Assembly: GCA_963555755.3 (NCBI GenBank)
Contig: OY820905.2
Span: 3,744,001-3,808,000 of the forward strand
Reading direction: 5' to 3'
DNA from: Nitrospirales bacterium
GTDB lineage: Bacteria; Nitrospirota; Nitrospiria; Nitrospirales; UBA8639
DNA length: 64,000 bases
This document shows positions 52,090 to 62,588 of the stretch, piece by piece. How positions within the stretch are numbered: the first letter of the stretch is position 1; each line of letters starts with the position of its first letter. The notes under the pieces were generated by a model, which was not told the DNA's origin, ran no database searches, and saw nothing but the letters and a program-made list of their open reading frames with translations. A program made the position numbers and the translations under genes.

Positions 52090-53799
52090 TTAGTGAACGA
52101 GGGCTTCACTTGAAAGTAGGACCCATCCGTATCGCTGTAATACTGGGGTAAATTGAAAGACTGGTTGTGGGAGTCGGGAGTGAAGATGGGATTGGAGAAT
52201 GACCATGATCCGGCCATTTTGCTTCACATGAGGGTGGAAGAGGTGGTCTTCGCCAGGGTTGATAGAGTACACCCTGCGTTTGGCATAAAATGCTAACGAG
52301 GGGAGTTTTCGGCCAAATTGAATTAGCCGATCGTCTGGTCCAAGGTTGAGCCCGGCGATGGTCGCCAGTTGTTGTGGAGGGTTGACGAAATATTTTCCAT
52401 AGTGCGGTAAGGTGAAGACGAGCACGATAAGTAACAATGCCCCCATTGCGCCGGAGATGATCCAAAATGCCTGAGATCGTTTGGTATCATGCCACACAAA
52501 ATGACGAAATAGCACCACGCTGAGAAAGACTCCTAGCCCCAACACCAATGGGGAATACCCTACGCCAATTTTTGCAGCGGCTGGAAACTCCAAGGCAATT
52601 TTGGTCTTAAAGGCTTCAAAAATGGCTGGGGCTGAGACGAGGGCAATACTGAGAATATACCCGGTGATCAGGATAATTCGAACCGATATTGTGAGTCCGG
52701 AGGGAGAAGGTTCACGTAAGAAACGAGACCACAACACTGCCACGAGCAGTGAGGCTGCGGGAAACAACGGCAGAATGTAGTGCGGAAGTCGTGTGGCGGA
52801 GATCGTAAAAAACACTAAAATTCCAATGATCCACAGCGAACAAAATACTAAGAGTCCGTCCTCTCCCTTAGCCTCTTTTTCTCCGGATCGGTATAACTTC
52901 CATTCTTTCAGCGATTGATAGATCCCCACCGGAAGAAAACCGCTCCACGGGAAAAATCCTACGAGAAGGATAGGAAAATAAAACAGCAAGGTTCCGCCAT
53001 GGCCTTCCATGGGATTCGCAAAGCGCCCGGTGGTATTAGCTTGGGCCGCTGCCATATAATCCGCACCATGGATAGCAAACATGGCGAGGTACCAGGGGGC
53101 GGCGATCAACATGAACACCGCCCAACCAAGAACAGGCTTTCCTCCTGCGAAATACTTCTTCCACTGACGGGTGAGCGTGAGATATGGAATGACAGCCAGC
53201 AGGGGAATGATTATGCCCACTGGACCTTTGGCGAGCATGGCGAAAGCCATGCCAATATAAAACAACCATAAAAACTGTCGCTCCCGACCCTCGCCGTGGA
53301 AACCTATCCAAAAGCTGTATGTGGCTAGTGTAGTAAAGAAGACCAACTCGGGGTCGGTTAAGACCATCCGATGAATGCCGATGAATTCCGCATTGAGCAG
53401 GAGGATAAGTGAACCACCAAACGCGATGGCCGGTCCAAGGAAACGATTCAGAAAAAAGTATTGAAGGAAGAGCAACCCGAGTCCGAAAAGCGCCGATGGT
53501 AATCGGGCCGTAAATTCATTCACGCCAAACAGAGCATAGGTGCTGCCGATGATCCAATACACAAATGCAGGCTTAGCGTATCGCGGTTCATAGTTCAGCG
53601 TGGGAGAGATCCAGTCCCCGGTTTCGAGCATTTCACGTGCGGCTTCGGCGTTGCTGCCTTCGTCGCGATCGGTGAGACCCATGTCGCCAAGCCCGATGAG
53701 GAGCAGGAAGGACCCAACAATCAGCAGAAAAATAAGGTGGAGGGTTTGTGTGGAAAAGGGCTGTCCGAGTGACTTGGCTGGTGTGGACTGGTTAACCAC
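52090..53799 (-). CDS. ArnT/GT83-like lipid glycosyltransferase
   Basis: DRDEG..AEAAREM...GDWI.P.LN..PR..KP...YW, ARLPSA, KGP.G and P.YILP. Confidence 0.88.
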   Translation of the reverse strand: MVNQSTPAKSLGQPFSTQTLHLIFLLIVGSFLLLIGLGDMGLTDRDEGSNAEAAREMLETGDWISPTLNYEPRYAKPAFVYWIIGSTYALFGVNEFTARLPSALFGLGLLFLQYFFLNRFLGPAIAFGGSLILLLNAEFIGIHRMVLTDPELVFFTTLATYSFWIGFHGEGRERQFLWLFYIGMAFAMLAKGPVGIIIPLLAVIPYLTLTRQWKKYFAGGKPVLGWAVFMLIAAPWYLAMFAIHGADYMAAAQANTTGRFANPMEGHGGTLLFYFPILLVGFFPWSGFLPVGIYQSLKEWKLYRSGEKEAKGEDGLLVFCSLWIIGILVFFTISATRLPHYILPLFPAASLLVAVLWSRFLREPSPSGLTISVRIILITGYILSIALVSAPAIFEAFKTKIALEFPAAAKIGVGYSPLVLGLGVFLSVVLFRHFVWHDTKRSQAFWIISGAMGALLLIVLVFTLPHYGKYFVNPPQQLATIAGLNLGPDDRLIQFGRKLPSLAFYAKRRVYSINPGEDHLFHPHVKQNGRIMVILQSHLHSRLPQPVFQFTPVLQRYGWVLLSSEALVH

Positions 53800-54118
53800 T
53801 CGCAGTTCGCTTTCCTGTTTTATGGATCAGCATTAAATTTCGTAGGTATACAAATGCGCCGATTCCTTGTCCGGCAATAAACACTGGGTCTCGGCGATGG
53901 ATGGCATAGGCCAACACGATCAGGCCGCCACCCAAACTCATGTACCAAAATGCCATGGGCATTTGACTCTCAGCTTTCCGTTCAGAGGCGATCCACTGAA
54001 TAATCCACCGAGAAAAAAACAGACTTTGGCCGAAAAATCCGATACCGAGCCAGACGCTTTCCATGAAGGTTAACGCGGCAAAGTAGGCGTTGATATCCGA
54101 AAGAAATTCGCTCATCAA
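53792..54118 (-). CDS. Lipid-A-disaccharide-synthase N-terminal (LAB_N) domain protein
   Basis: GFFGQ.LF.SRW.IQW.ASE.....P.AFW.MSL.G...LAYAI.R.DPVFI.GQ. Confidence 0.88.
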   Translation of the reverse strand: MMSEFLSDINAYFAALTFMESVWLGIGFFGQSLFFSRWIIQWIASERKAESQMPMAFWYMSLGGGLIVLAYAIHRRDPVFIAGQGIGAFVYLRNLMLIHKTGKRTASG

Positions 54119-54130
54119 GAATTACGAGGC

Positions 54131-54356
54131 GGGAAGGTTGAAAAAGGGCGTCAGCCTACGCCGGAGCTTCGGCAGACAAGCCAGCAGCGTTCTCGGCCCT
54201 TTGTCGTGTTCACGTACTATGAGTACGCTCCGCGCGTCAAAGTGCCTGCCGCCTTGCTGAGCGAACCTTTTTGAACATCCCCAGTTGCTCTTGGCGTTTT
54301 ATAAAATGAGTTACATGCGAACGGCAATATAGAAATTTTAATTATTCATCAGCCCC
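54131..54356. mobile_element. Family-A MITE, long form (degenerate)
   Basis: Homologous along its length to 13554-13778 and 46925-47153. Confidence 0.7.
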
Positions 54357-54458
54357 AAGACGTAAAGAATGGGAGGATGAAGAATTAGGTGTACCTTACC
54401 TTTCAGTGTTTTGTCGAGGGGATGGGATTATTGAGGCAAGGAAGGTCATGCGCGAACC

Positions 54459-55220
54459 CTAAGACTGTGAGTCGGATGAATCGCTTGGGGTGTTGACGAT
54501 TTCATATCGAAAACAGCGTTTCTGCATCCACCGGACGGCGATCAGGTCGTACAGGCCGGCAAAGAGGCGATTGCCAATTCCATATTTGGACTGTCCATGG
54601 GCGCGTGGGAAATGTTGAACAGGCACTTCTGTGACCGAAAACCCGTACATCTTGGCGAGGGCCGGAAAAAAACGATGCATGTTGTGAAAGAGGGCCATTC
54701 GCTCAATGACGCTCCGCCGGAAAATTTTGAGGGAACAGCCCGTATCGTGAATGCCGTCATGAATGACCGCGTTCCGAATCAGGTAGGCTATGCGTGATGA
54801 GAGTTGCCGAATGATATTGTCGAGTCGTTTCTGTCGGCGTCCACATACCAGATCGTAGTCCTTGGTGAACGGTAACAGCTTGGTAATGTCGGCGGGATCG
54901 TATTGAAGATCGCCATCAAGGGTCGCAATGAGTTCGCCGTGGGCCGAGCGAAACCCTGCATCAAATGCTGCGGTTTGCCCATGGTTCCGATCGAAGTGGA
55001 CCACCCGTACTTCTGGCGTGTGAAGGCTGATCTCGTCTAGCACGGTGGCACTGCCATCGGTACTGCCATCATCCACGTACACAATTTCGAAGGGAGCCGT
55101 TTGCGATTGCTCCAACGCGCCGAGTACCTTGATGAGTTGATTGGTCAAAGGCTGAAGGTTGTCCCGCTCATCTTTAATCGGCACAACAACGGAGAGCCAA
55201 GGTATGTGGGTGACAGTCAT
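54459..55220 (-). CDS. GT2 polyprenol-phosphate glycosyltransferase (ArnC/DPM-like)
   Basis: SVVVP..DE, VDDGSTDGS, NHGQTAA, DGDLQ.DP, DTGCSLK and HRF.P. Confidence 0.9.
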   Translation of the reverse strand: MTVTHIPWLSVVVPIKDERDNLQPLTNQLIKVLGALEQSQTAPFEIVYVDDGSTDGSATVLDEISLHTPEVRVVHFDRNHGQTAAFDAGFRSAHGELIATLDGDLQYDPADITKLLPFTKDYDLVCGRRQKRLDNIIRQLSSRIAYLIRNAVIHDGIHDTGCSLKIFRRSVIERMALFHNMHRFFPALAKMYGFSVTEVPVQHFPRAHGQSKYGIGNRLFAGLYDLIAVRWMQKRCFRYEIVNTPSDSSDSQS

Positions 55221-55586
55221 GAGTGCTTGGGATGGCTCGTGAACACGTTGAGTGTCATTCGTTAGATTGAAACACTCGGATGGGTGGTGGTGTAGGAAAA
55301 CTTTTCACAAGACTGACTCAGGCATTCTACTCAATCCTTAAAAGAAGGGTCAAACGATCGAAGGCCGAGATTGGATAAGCAGCGATTTTGGTGCAGTCGG
55401 AGCCTCTTGTGTGATCAACCTGTCGTAGTGTTCACCCAGGGGCAAAGCCCGGACATCCCTAGATAGAATGCAATATTTCTAGCAGCTATAACTAAACAGT
55501 ATCAATGCTTCTCATGATGGGGGCGCCCAACAGAACGCGATTCGCAACTGTTGCCTATCTAACTTAGCTCTCTCTATTCACATATT

Positions 55587-55850
55587 TCATTGTGACCGCC
55601 TTCTATAGACCTCCCGTCGATGGCCTATGCGTAACACGACAATGTCTGACTCGACCAGATCAAAAATAATACGGTAATCCCCAACTCGAAATCGGTAGGA
55701 TCCAAGTTGAGAATCCGTCAATTTTTCTGAATGTTTTAGGGGATCAGATTGAAATCGAAGGAGAGCGTTGCGAAGGCGGGTTTTCGTCGAGCCATCAAAT
55801 TTTTCTAAATCTTTAAGTGCCCGAAGGGTAAAAAGATAGTGAAACGCCAC
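55587..55850 (-). CDS. relE: RelE/ParE-family toxin
   Basis: YRFRVGDYRIIFD......VLRIGHRREVY. Confidence 0.9.
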   Translation of the reverse strand: MAFHYLFTLRALKDLEKFDGSTKTRLRNALLRFQSDPLKHSEKLTDSQLGSYRFRVGDYRIIFDLVESDIVVLRIGHRREVYRRRSQ

Positions 55851-56047
55851 TACCCAAAAACCTCTTTTAACGTCTTCACTTTCCCCTTTTTATATTGAGC
55901 CCTTGCCTCCCGGATGCTGGCTAAATAGTCCGGTGAAGTCGAAGCTAAGAGGTCTTCTAAAAAAGCATCACGTTGTTTTTTTTTCATTTGTTTGACAGCT
56001 CGAATAATGATCTCAGGCTGCACTTGCATGATGACAGATGTGGACAA
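55850..56047 (-). CDS. Putative antitoxin
   Basis: RBS GAGGAGG before TTG 56047; SPDYLASIREARAQYKKGKV..L.EVF; overlaps toxin start. Confidence 0.75.
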   Translation of the reverse strand: MSTSVIMQVQPEIIIRAVKQMKKKQRDAFLEDLLASTSPDYLASIREARAQYKKGKVKTLKEVFG

Positions 56048-56124
56048 AACCAACCTCCTCAGGTGAAAGGTGAGTAACATTTGAATCGTATGTAACAAGA
56101 CAGTGAAAGTCAACGAACCGGAAA

Positions 56125-56236
56125 TCCGGTTCCGAATCATGTATTTGGACACGGTGGCCTGCGAGATATGAATGTCGAATTTGAGCAGTTCCCCGTGAAT
56201 CCGCAGTGCTCCCCACAAAGGGTTGGTCTGACTCAA
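56125..56236 (-). pseudogene. Short remnant of an integrase-core (rve) IS transposase
   Basis: NPLWGALRIHGELLK..I.ISQATVSKYM resembles the HTH segment of rve transposases. Confidence 0.6.
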
Positions 56237-56465
56237 GTTATTGTAATGTGCAATTCACAGAGTGACGACTGTTTTCAAGAGCTATTTTCAAGAACATCAT
56301 GAAATCGTGCCCTCTTCCTGTGCAGCAATGGTCAATGGTGCCGGGAAGAGGCAGCATTAGATGCTACGGCTACAGGAAACACGATGTGGTCGAAAAGTGA
56401 GAAGCAGTTTGCCTCACTCCACCAACATTGCGATTGATCCATTAAAATGGGGATAGGCCGGAAGG

Positions 56466-57176
56466 CTACGAGTTGGTGATCACGCGAAACCGCAGGGTGC
56501 CCATTCTTGACATCTCATTGGCTTCATATCCGACGAAGATATCAATATGATAGTGGCCGGGTTTCCATCCTTGTTCCGAAGGGGGAAAGAATTTGAGATA
56601 TCCACTTTCGTCTTCCAATGTGAGATACGCCATATCTTCATCGATCATGCTCTCAGTTGCCCCCCCCTCGACGAAATCATGGTACACCTGTCCAATCACC
56701 TGATAGGCCTGATAATGTTTAAACACCTGGAATACGACGTATATCGCTGAAGCGTCTACAGTGAATTGGTCCGTCGGTCGTACGGGGTAATACAAGTTTC
56801 CACGCCGAAAATCCAAGTCTTCGTCAAAGTCTTCTGCCAGGGTGATATTTAAAAAGAGCCCTTCTGGTTTGTGGTCAAGTGGTGGCTGGCTATTTAGGTC
56901 GAGTTCCCGACGATTATCATAGTAGGGAAGGGGATTCGGAGACGCTTCTGAAGGATTAAAGGGGATCGTATCAAGCTCAGAAAAACCGTGCTTCGTTTCA
57001 GCTGGATCAAATGGTGCGGGTGATGGCGAGGGGCCCCCTGGTTCTTCACCCTTCGCCAGGTTTGGGTGGGCCATCATGAGGGTCAGACCAAGAGTGAGGA
57101 GTAAGGTGTAAGGAGTGAGAGGGAAAAATGAAGAGTCAAGGGTGAAGGGTGAAGAAAGTCTGGACGTATAACCCAT
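56466..57176 (-). CDS. Exported hypothetical protein
   Basis: Hydrophobic N-terminus; C-terminal Ig-like GW.PG.Y..DIF. Confidence 0.7.
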   Translation of the reverse strand: MGYTSRLSSPFTLDSSFFPLTPYTLLLTLGLTLMMAHPNLAKGEEPGGPSPSPAPFDPAETKHGFSELDTIPFNPSEASPNPLPYYDNRRELDLNSQPPLDHKPEGLFLNITLAEDFDEDLDFRRGNLYYPVRPTDQFTVDASAIYVVFQVFKHYQAYQVIGQVYHDFVEGGATESMIDEDMAYLTLEDESGYLKFFPPSEQGWKPGHYHIDIFVGYEANEMSRMGTLRFRVITNS

Positions 57177-57499
57177 TACGCATCACCCATCACGTGTTTC
57201 CAAGTTATTTTCTCTCAGGTCCCAAAGCCCCTGTCTCTTCCATCCCCAACTGGGCCCAATCACATCTCTCTCGCCTTCGTGCGCGGCGGAGCCGGAGTCC
57301 CGAATCGAGCCCTTCGGCGAGGGCTGTTTGAGCGCAGCGAGTTCCCGAGCCATCTTGATTTGGGACGGAGGCGGAGGCACCCCGGAGAGCCTGCTTCTGA
57401 GCAGGGTCGTAGGGGCCGCGTGCGGGCGAACATGGTTTTGGGCACTTTTGCCGAAACACAAGTGCCTCGTCGCGCGCGGGGGGGGCCGCATACAATTAA

Positions 57500-57640
57500 G
57501 GGCACCTCTAAAAACCGTCCTTTTCCGTGATGGCGGCGTCAGCCGCGTGCTCACATCCTCATGTATTCGCCCATACACTCCGGTTTTCCGCGCGCGGCTT
57601 CCTTGCCCTCACAAAAAATGCCTGGTTTGTAGAGGTGCCC
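57500..57640. mobile_element. MITE with GGGCACCTCTA TIRs and TTAA flanks
   Basis: ttaa-gggcacctctaaaaacc ... ggtttgtagaggtgccc-ttaa. Confidence 0.82.
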
Positions 57641-57832
57641 TTAATTTGTTCGTTGAACCACTGAACCCGGACGAGCTGAAACCAAAGACGTCGTTCCTCA
57701 CTACTTCCTAACGGCCATGTCCCTTTTCTGTCAAGAAAGCCCACTTCCTTGCGGCCCCAAAAATCTGTTTGTTAGAATTCTGACTCTTTAGGTAGTAAAT
57801 TTTACACCATAGGGCAGTTTGAGGTTTAATTC

Positions 57833-59281
57833 ATGGCCGCACAAACGGCAACATCCGAAGATTCACTTCCTCAGCTTCTAGGCGATTTTTTGCCCATTGA
57901 TGTCTGGCAGATCCACATGAACCACGTGTTCTATGGGCTTCGTGGCGGGCAACTCCGTGACCTCTATCAAACCTTTGCCGCCGCGGATTACCGACTAGGG
58001 TTTGCCCTAGCCGCTGACTATATGGATCGAGTGCAGCAACGCGAAAAAACCAATCCCTCCGCGTCCTCCACGCCTCTGACAATTATGGAGTGGGGATGTG
58101 GCAATGGAAACTTAGCCGCGTGTTTCCTGGATCGAGTGCAGGCGTTGGATTCGGCTGGAACGGTGTATCCACGCATCGAATACATTCTGATCGATTCATC
58201 CGAGGTGGTGCTGGACAGCGCCAAAGCCAACGCGGATTTGGCCAAGCATCAAGGTCGAATCAAGTTCGAGCACGCTCAAGTCCCTGAGCTGCAAGGCTTT
58301 GCTGACGGTTCGGTCGATCGTATCATTTGCAACGAATTTTGGAATGAATCTTCTACCAAGCTCTTGCTCCGAAAAGCCGGGGACATCATGGAGGAACATG
58401 TTCGTCCCAATCTCAAGGAAACTCGCCTGCAGGGTTTCCCGGATTGGACCGCGTTTATTCAGGCATTCGAACACCTCGATGTTCCGACCCTCAAAGGGCT
58501 GCCGAGTTTCTTGGAAGATATTGTGTGGGAGAGAACGTATAATAAAATCGAAGCCAAAGACGTTCCGTTTCGACGGCTCATCACGGATTTTTTAAAGTTC
58601 ATTGATGAGGAAGTGTTGGTGCCCTATAATGTCGGGGCGGCCTCTTCGCTCAAAGAAGCCACTCGGCTGTTGGCCCCCGATGCCATTGGCCTCAGTGCCT
58701 TTGATGCGGGAACGGCGGACCTTTCAGTGCTTAATGATCCGGACAAGCCCTGTTATAACCTGCTTGGCGGTCAATTTAGTTTTATGGTAAATTTTGCCTT
58801 GCTTGAAGAGGTGGCCAAGCACTTGGGTAGTCGAGAGGTGCACATCGAACCTCAAAAAGAATTCGTCGGACGGAATCTTGGGACTAATGTGATGAGTCTC
58901 ATGGATGTCCTGGCCTCTCACCCTCGTTTGCCGGAAGGTGACCAATGGGAAGTCGATCGATTCATTCTCAAAACGATCGGAGCCATTAATAATGCGTATC
59001 AAAGCCCGTACCACCGGACCATCGAATTTCCGGTTCCGCCAAATATACCAAATGATCAACGAGAAGAATTAGAGCGCCTTCAGGGTAGTCTGAAGTCTGC
59101 GGGCGTGCCTGATACGATTGCGTATTTAACAGAGGAAGAAGTGTTGGGCGTGGCGGGCACATTGGAAGAGCTGGGATACGACCGAGAAATACTTCGTACG
59201 GTATTGCAAGCACCGGCGCAACCGGTCGATTATTTTCATTTCCTTTTTGTTCCGGTGGGGGAGAAAAATAGTAAGGAGTGA
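57833..59281 (+). CDS. Class I SAM-dependent methyltransferase (MidA/NDUFAF7-like)
   Basis: IMEWGCGNGNLA, YILIDSS, IICNEFW and FMVNF..LE. Confidence 0.75.
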   Translation: MAAQTATSEDSLPQLLGDFLPIDVWQIHMNHVFYGLRGGQLRDLYQTFAAADYRLGFALAADYMDRVQQREKTNPSASSTPLTIMEWGCGNGNLAACFLDRVQALDSAGTVYPRIEYILIDSSEVVLDSAKANADLAKHQGRIKFEHAQVPELQGFADGSVDRIICNEFWNESSTKLLLRKAGDIMEEHVRPNLKETRLQGFPDWTAFIQAFEHLDVPTLKGLPSFLEDIVWERTYNKIEAKDVPFRRLITDFLKFIDEEVLVPYNVGAASSLKEATRLLAPDAIGLSAFDAGTADLSVLNDPDKPCYNLLGGQFSFMVNFALLEEVAKHLGSREVHIEPQKEFVGRNLGTNVMSLMDVLASHPRLPEGDQWEVDRFILKTIGAINNAYQSPYHRTIEFPVPPNIPNDQREELERLQGSLKSAGVPDTIAYLTEEEVLGVAGTLEELGYDREILRTVLQAPAQPVDYFHFLFVPVGEKNSKE

Positions 59282-59602
59282 AAAATTAGGAGTGGAGAGG
59301 CACAGAAGAAGAGGGTTCTTTCCAACAGATATTACGCATTTGAAGTAGGCGGACTTGGGTAGATCAAACTATTCTTGGACGTAGGTTCCAAGGTCGATCA
59401 TCGCAGGAATTTCACATATTAATGTGAAGTGTAGATGAAAACCGGTAGGCACACGATAGAGACTAAAGGGCTCATCAGTAAAATTTTCCTACGATTAAGT
59501 GAATTTTGGGTAGATTTCTTGTTAATGACATTGTATACTGCGCCCGGTTGGGATAGTGCCAGATTGGTGCAGGAGCATAGTATTATCACCGAGAGGTTGT
59601 GA

Positions 59603-59956
59603 ATGATTGGATCGTTTGGATGGATGGAGCTCCTTCTTATTTTATTTATCGTCCTCATAATTTTTGGTGCTGGGAAGATTCCGCAACTTGGAGAAGGTTT
59701 GGGAAAAGCCATCAAAGGATTCAAAAAATCCATTCATGAACCTGATGCCATGGACGTCACTCCGCCACCGGATCAAGAAGGATTTCAACAAGGGGCCCCA
59801 ATGCCAGCGCAACAGGTACCGGATCACACCATGGAACAAGCCAGCGTGCCACAATCTAGCGTACCACCCCTGGAACAGGTCAGCGTACCCTCCCCGCAAG
59901 AACAGCCCGTGCAGCAAGTCCCGGTGGAGCAACCTCAAGAAACGAAACAAGGATGA
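59603..59956 (+). CDS. tatA: Twin-arginine translocase TatA/E with Pro/Gln-rich tail
   Basis: [37 protein letters not shown]. Confidence 0.92.
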   Translation: MIGSFGWMELLLILFIVLIIFGAGKIPQLGEGLGKAIKGFKKSIHEPDAMDVTPPPDQEGFQQGAPMPAQQVPDHTMEQASVPQSSVPPLEQVSVPSPQEQPVQQVPVEQPQETKQG

Positions 59957-60034
59957 TGGAGAAAAGCATGAGGCGTGAGGAGTTATGAAGGATGAAAGAA
60001 CATCTTTTCGTTTCACGCTTCACAGGAGTAAACA

Positions 60035-60328
60035 ATGTTCGGTTTAGGCGCAATGGAAGTTTTGATTATTTTGGTCATTGCGTTTTTGTTGTTCGGGCCA
60101 AAAGAGCTTCCTGAAATCGGGAAGCAAGTTGGAAAAGCCATAAAGGGATTCAAAGAGACGGCTGATGATCTTCGCCAAACAGTTGAACCAGAGATCAACA
60201 TGATTCAGCAGGAAGTGAAGATGGTCGAACAGGATCTTGAATCATCCATGAAAGAAGCTGAGGAAACCATCAAAAGTGTTGGCGATTCGGCATCGTCCAG
60301 TATCAAGGAAGAAACAAAAATAGGATAA
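60035..60328 (+). CDS. TatA/TatB-family subunit
   Basis: MFGLG..E...ILVIAFLLFGPKELPEIGKQVGK. Confidence 0.88.
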   Translation: MFGLGAMEVLIILVIAFLLFGPKELPEIGKQVGKAIKGFKETADDLRQTVEPEINMIQQEVKMVEQDLESSMKEAEETIKSVGDSASSSIKEETKIG

Positions 60329-60509
60329 CCATGGTTTGTAGCCGCAGCATTTAATGCTGCTTTTGGATAAGAGAAATCCAAAAAGGAAGCTTTAATTCCA
60401 TAAACCGTAATTTGTATGCATGTTGTATTTTTAAGACACTTTTGGAGGACGTGTCTAAATTAAAAATAAAAATAATAATACAATCAACATGTTGCAATGG
60501 GAAGTAAAA

Positions 60510-60526
60510 TGGCATAGTTTTGGCAT
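60510..60526 (+). promoter_or_regulatory. Possible sigma54 -24/-12 promoter upstream of the porin gene
   Basis: TGGCATAGTTTTGGCA versus consensus TGGCAC-N5-TTGC; one mismatch in each box; lies in an AT-rich region. Confidence 0.35.
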
Positions 60527-60835
60527 TAAAATAATTCACTAATGGGCATTATCTAATAGTTTTCACCCGAGTGCCCTGAGGCAACTCATTTAAAACAAAG
60601 GAGGGGGGCCACGAAAAAATTAGAAAGGCATTGCAGGAAAATGGATGTTTTCCTAAAGATTTCAGCGTCCCGCGCCAAACGTGAAGGGACACAAACGGGA
60701 AAGAAAGAATGTTTCAAATCGTTAAGGTTAAGGTAGTCAAAGTTGAAACGACACATTGGGGTAGTAAGGTTGAAAACCAGCGAATATTTAACGAGGAACT
60801 ATCCCGCGGGGGAACCAACTTACAGGAGGAGTGCC

Positions 60836-62440
60836 ATGAAAGTATTTAGCAATGGTCTCAAGTGGGCAACGGCTGCAGTCTTATTCGTCACGATGACAGC
60901 CGCGCCAGCTTTTGCCGCAAAAACAACACCGGCCACGGATAAGAACTCTGCCGTGCCTGCCGTGCCACGTGCCATTCCGAACTTGATTCCGTATCACAAG
61001 TTTGATCCACCCACAAGCAAACTGTTTGACATCAACAAACTCAATATCACCGGAGATCTCCGGGTTCGGCCAGAATTCCGAAATAGCAATAAATTTGGTA
61101 TTGGTAAAAGGCAAGCCTATAAAAGGGTTCTTTAGCGGTAGGTGCCATGCCATCAACCACTGAAAGAACAATGATTTCTTTGTCCAACAGTGGGTGCGGA
61201 TTGGTTTCCACTACACCATTTCACCCGACGTAGTATTTTTCTTCCAACCCCAATACTCAAAAAACTGGGGGAGAAATATAGGAGGGGCCGGAGATCCTAA
61301 TAGTTCCGCGTCCAACCTATATGCCCGTCAAGCATTTATGTTGATTCGAAATGTGGGCGTGAAGAATTTAACCGCCAAAATTGGTCGACAATTAGTGGTC
61401 TGGGGCAACCACCGTATGTTTGGCCATTTTGATTGGAACAATATTGGTTGGGCATTAGATGGTGCCTCGCTGAATTATAAGGTCAGCAAAACTATAACGC
61501 TGCAGGCTGCTTGGTTAAGAATAGCCGAAGGCGATTGTGGTGGTGCAGCCAGTGGAGGGTGTGGAGGTAGTGGTCAGCCAGCCGGGTCCAGCCGGGATGG
61601 TAATATTATTTTTCTTCGTGCGCCGATTAAAATTGCTGGCGTGACGGTGGAACCAGCCTGGATTTGGCATGATGGTGGAACGAATCGAGGCAAAGGCTTA
61701 GCACATAATCGACCAGCTAACCAATCTCGTCATACGATCGGTGGTCGCGCCACGACGAAACAAACACTTTCAAAACTCCGTGTTGATATAACCGTTGAAG
61801 GGTACTACCAGTTTGGGGAAATTGGAAATATAGGGCCTACTGCTGGATGGTTCTAGAAGTTTTGACATTGAGGCCTATGCCTTTCATGTTGATGGAGGCG
61901 TGACTCTTCCTGTGCCAATGCAACCTCGTATTGGTCTTGAATTTAATATTGCCTCCGGAGATTCAAAGGCCAACACTTGCAAGACCGATAACGCATGCCC
62001 CTGGAACCTGTAATGCTAAATGGGGCGGGTTCGACCAATTATTCCCGACGAACCATATTCACTTCGGGTATATGGATCGGATGGCATGGAAGAATATGAT
62101 TCATTTTGGTGCGACGTTGAATCTGCGGCCGACCAAGAATAGCCACTTGGATATCGGTGGCCATAAGTTCTTGCTGAATGAAGAGGGAGACAATTGGTAC
62201 GGTGCCAGCCAAAATGTATTTATTAAGTCACCGACTGGTAACAAAGAAGATGACCTTGGAAGCGAAATCGATGTAGTCTATACCGTGTTCTTCACGCCGG
62301 GTAACCATGTTGCCTGGCAAGTCGGTGGTGGGGTCTTCTTCCCTGGTGACTTTATTGACAGTAATCCCGCATCTGGCTATAATGGAGTAAGTGTTCCCAA
62401 TGAAACCTGGGGTTATACCCAACTCTGGATCAATTGGTAA
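60836..62440 (+). pseudogene. Alginate-export-family outer-membrane porin, frameshifted into at least four pieces
   Basis: RBS AGGAGG, signal peptide, GDLRVRPEFR, KIGRQ..VWG..R.FG..DW, FDQLFPTNH, DLGSEID, terminal W; frame changes near 61110-61165, 61848 and 61998. Confidence 0.8.
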
Positions 62441-62476
62441 TGTGATGTAAGGGGATCGATCCTCCCCGTTATCCTG

Positions 62477-62516
62477 AATCCCCGCTGAGGTTCATCCCTC
62501 AGCGGGGATTTTTTTT
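62477..62516 (+). terminator. Rho-independent terminator
   Basis: aatccccgctgagg-ttcatc-cctcagcggggatt followed by a T tract. Confidence 0.9.
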
Positions 62517-62588
62517 GGCACAATCATGTATCCAAAATTATCGGCCCACTTTTCATAATGCCGAATTAAACTGAAATTAAAATTCTTC

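Noticed and set aside
60540..60830. Riboswitch in the long porin leader
   Set aside because: Small hairpins are present but I recognised no riboswitch consensus; an Rfam search would be needed
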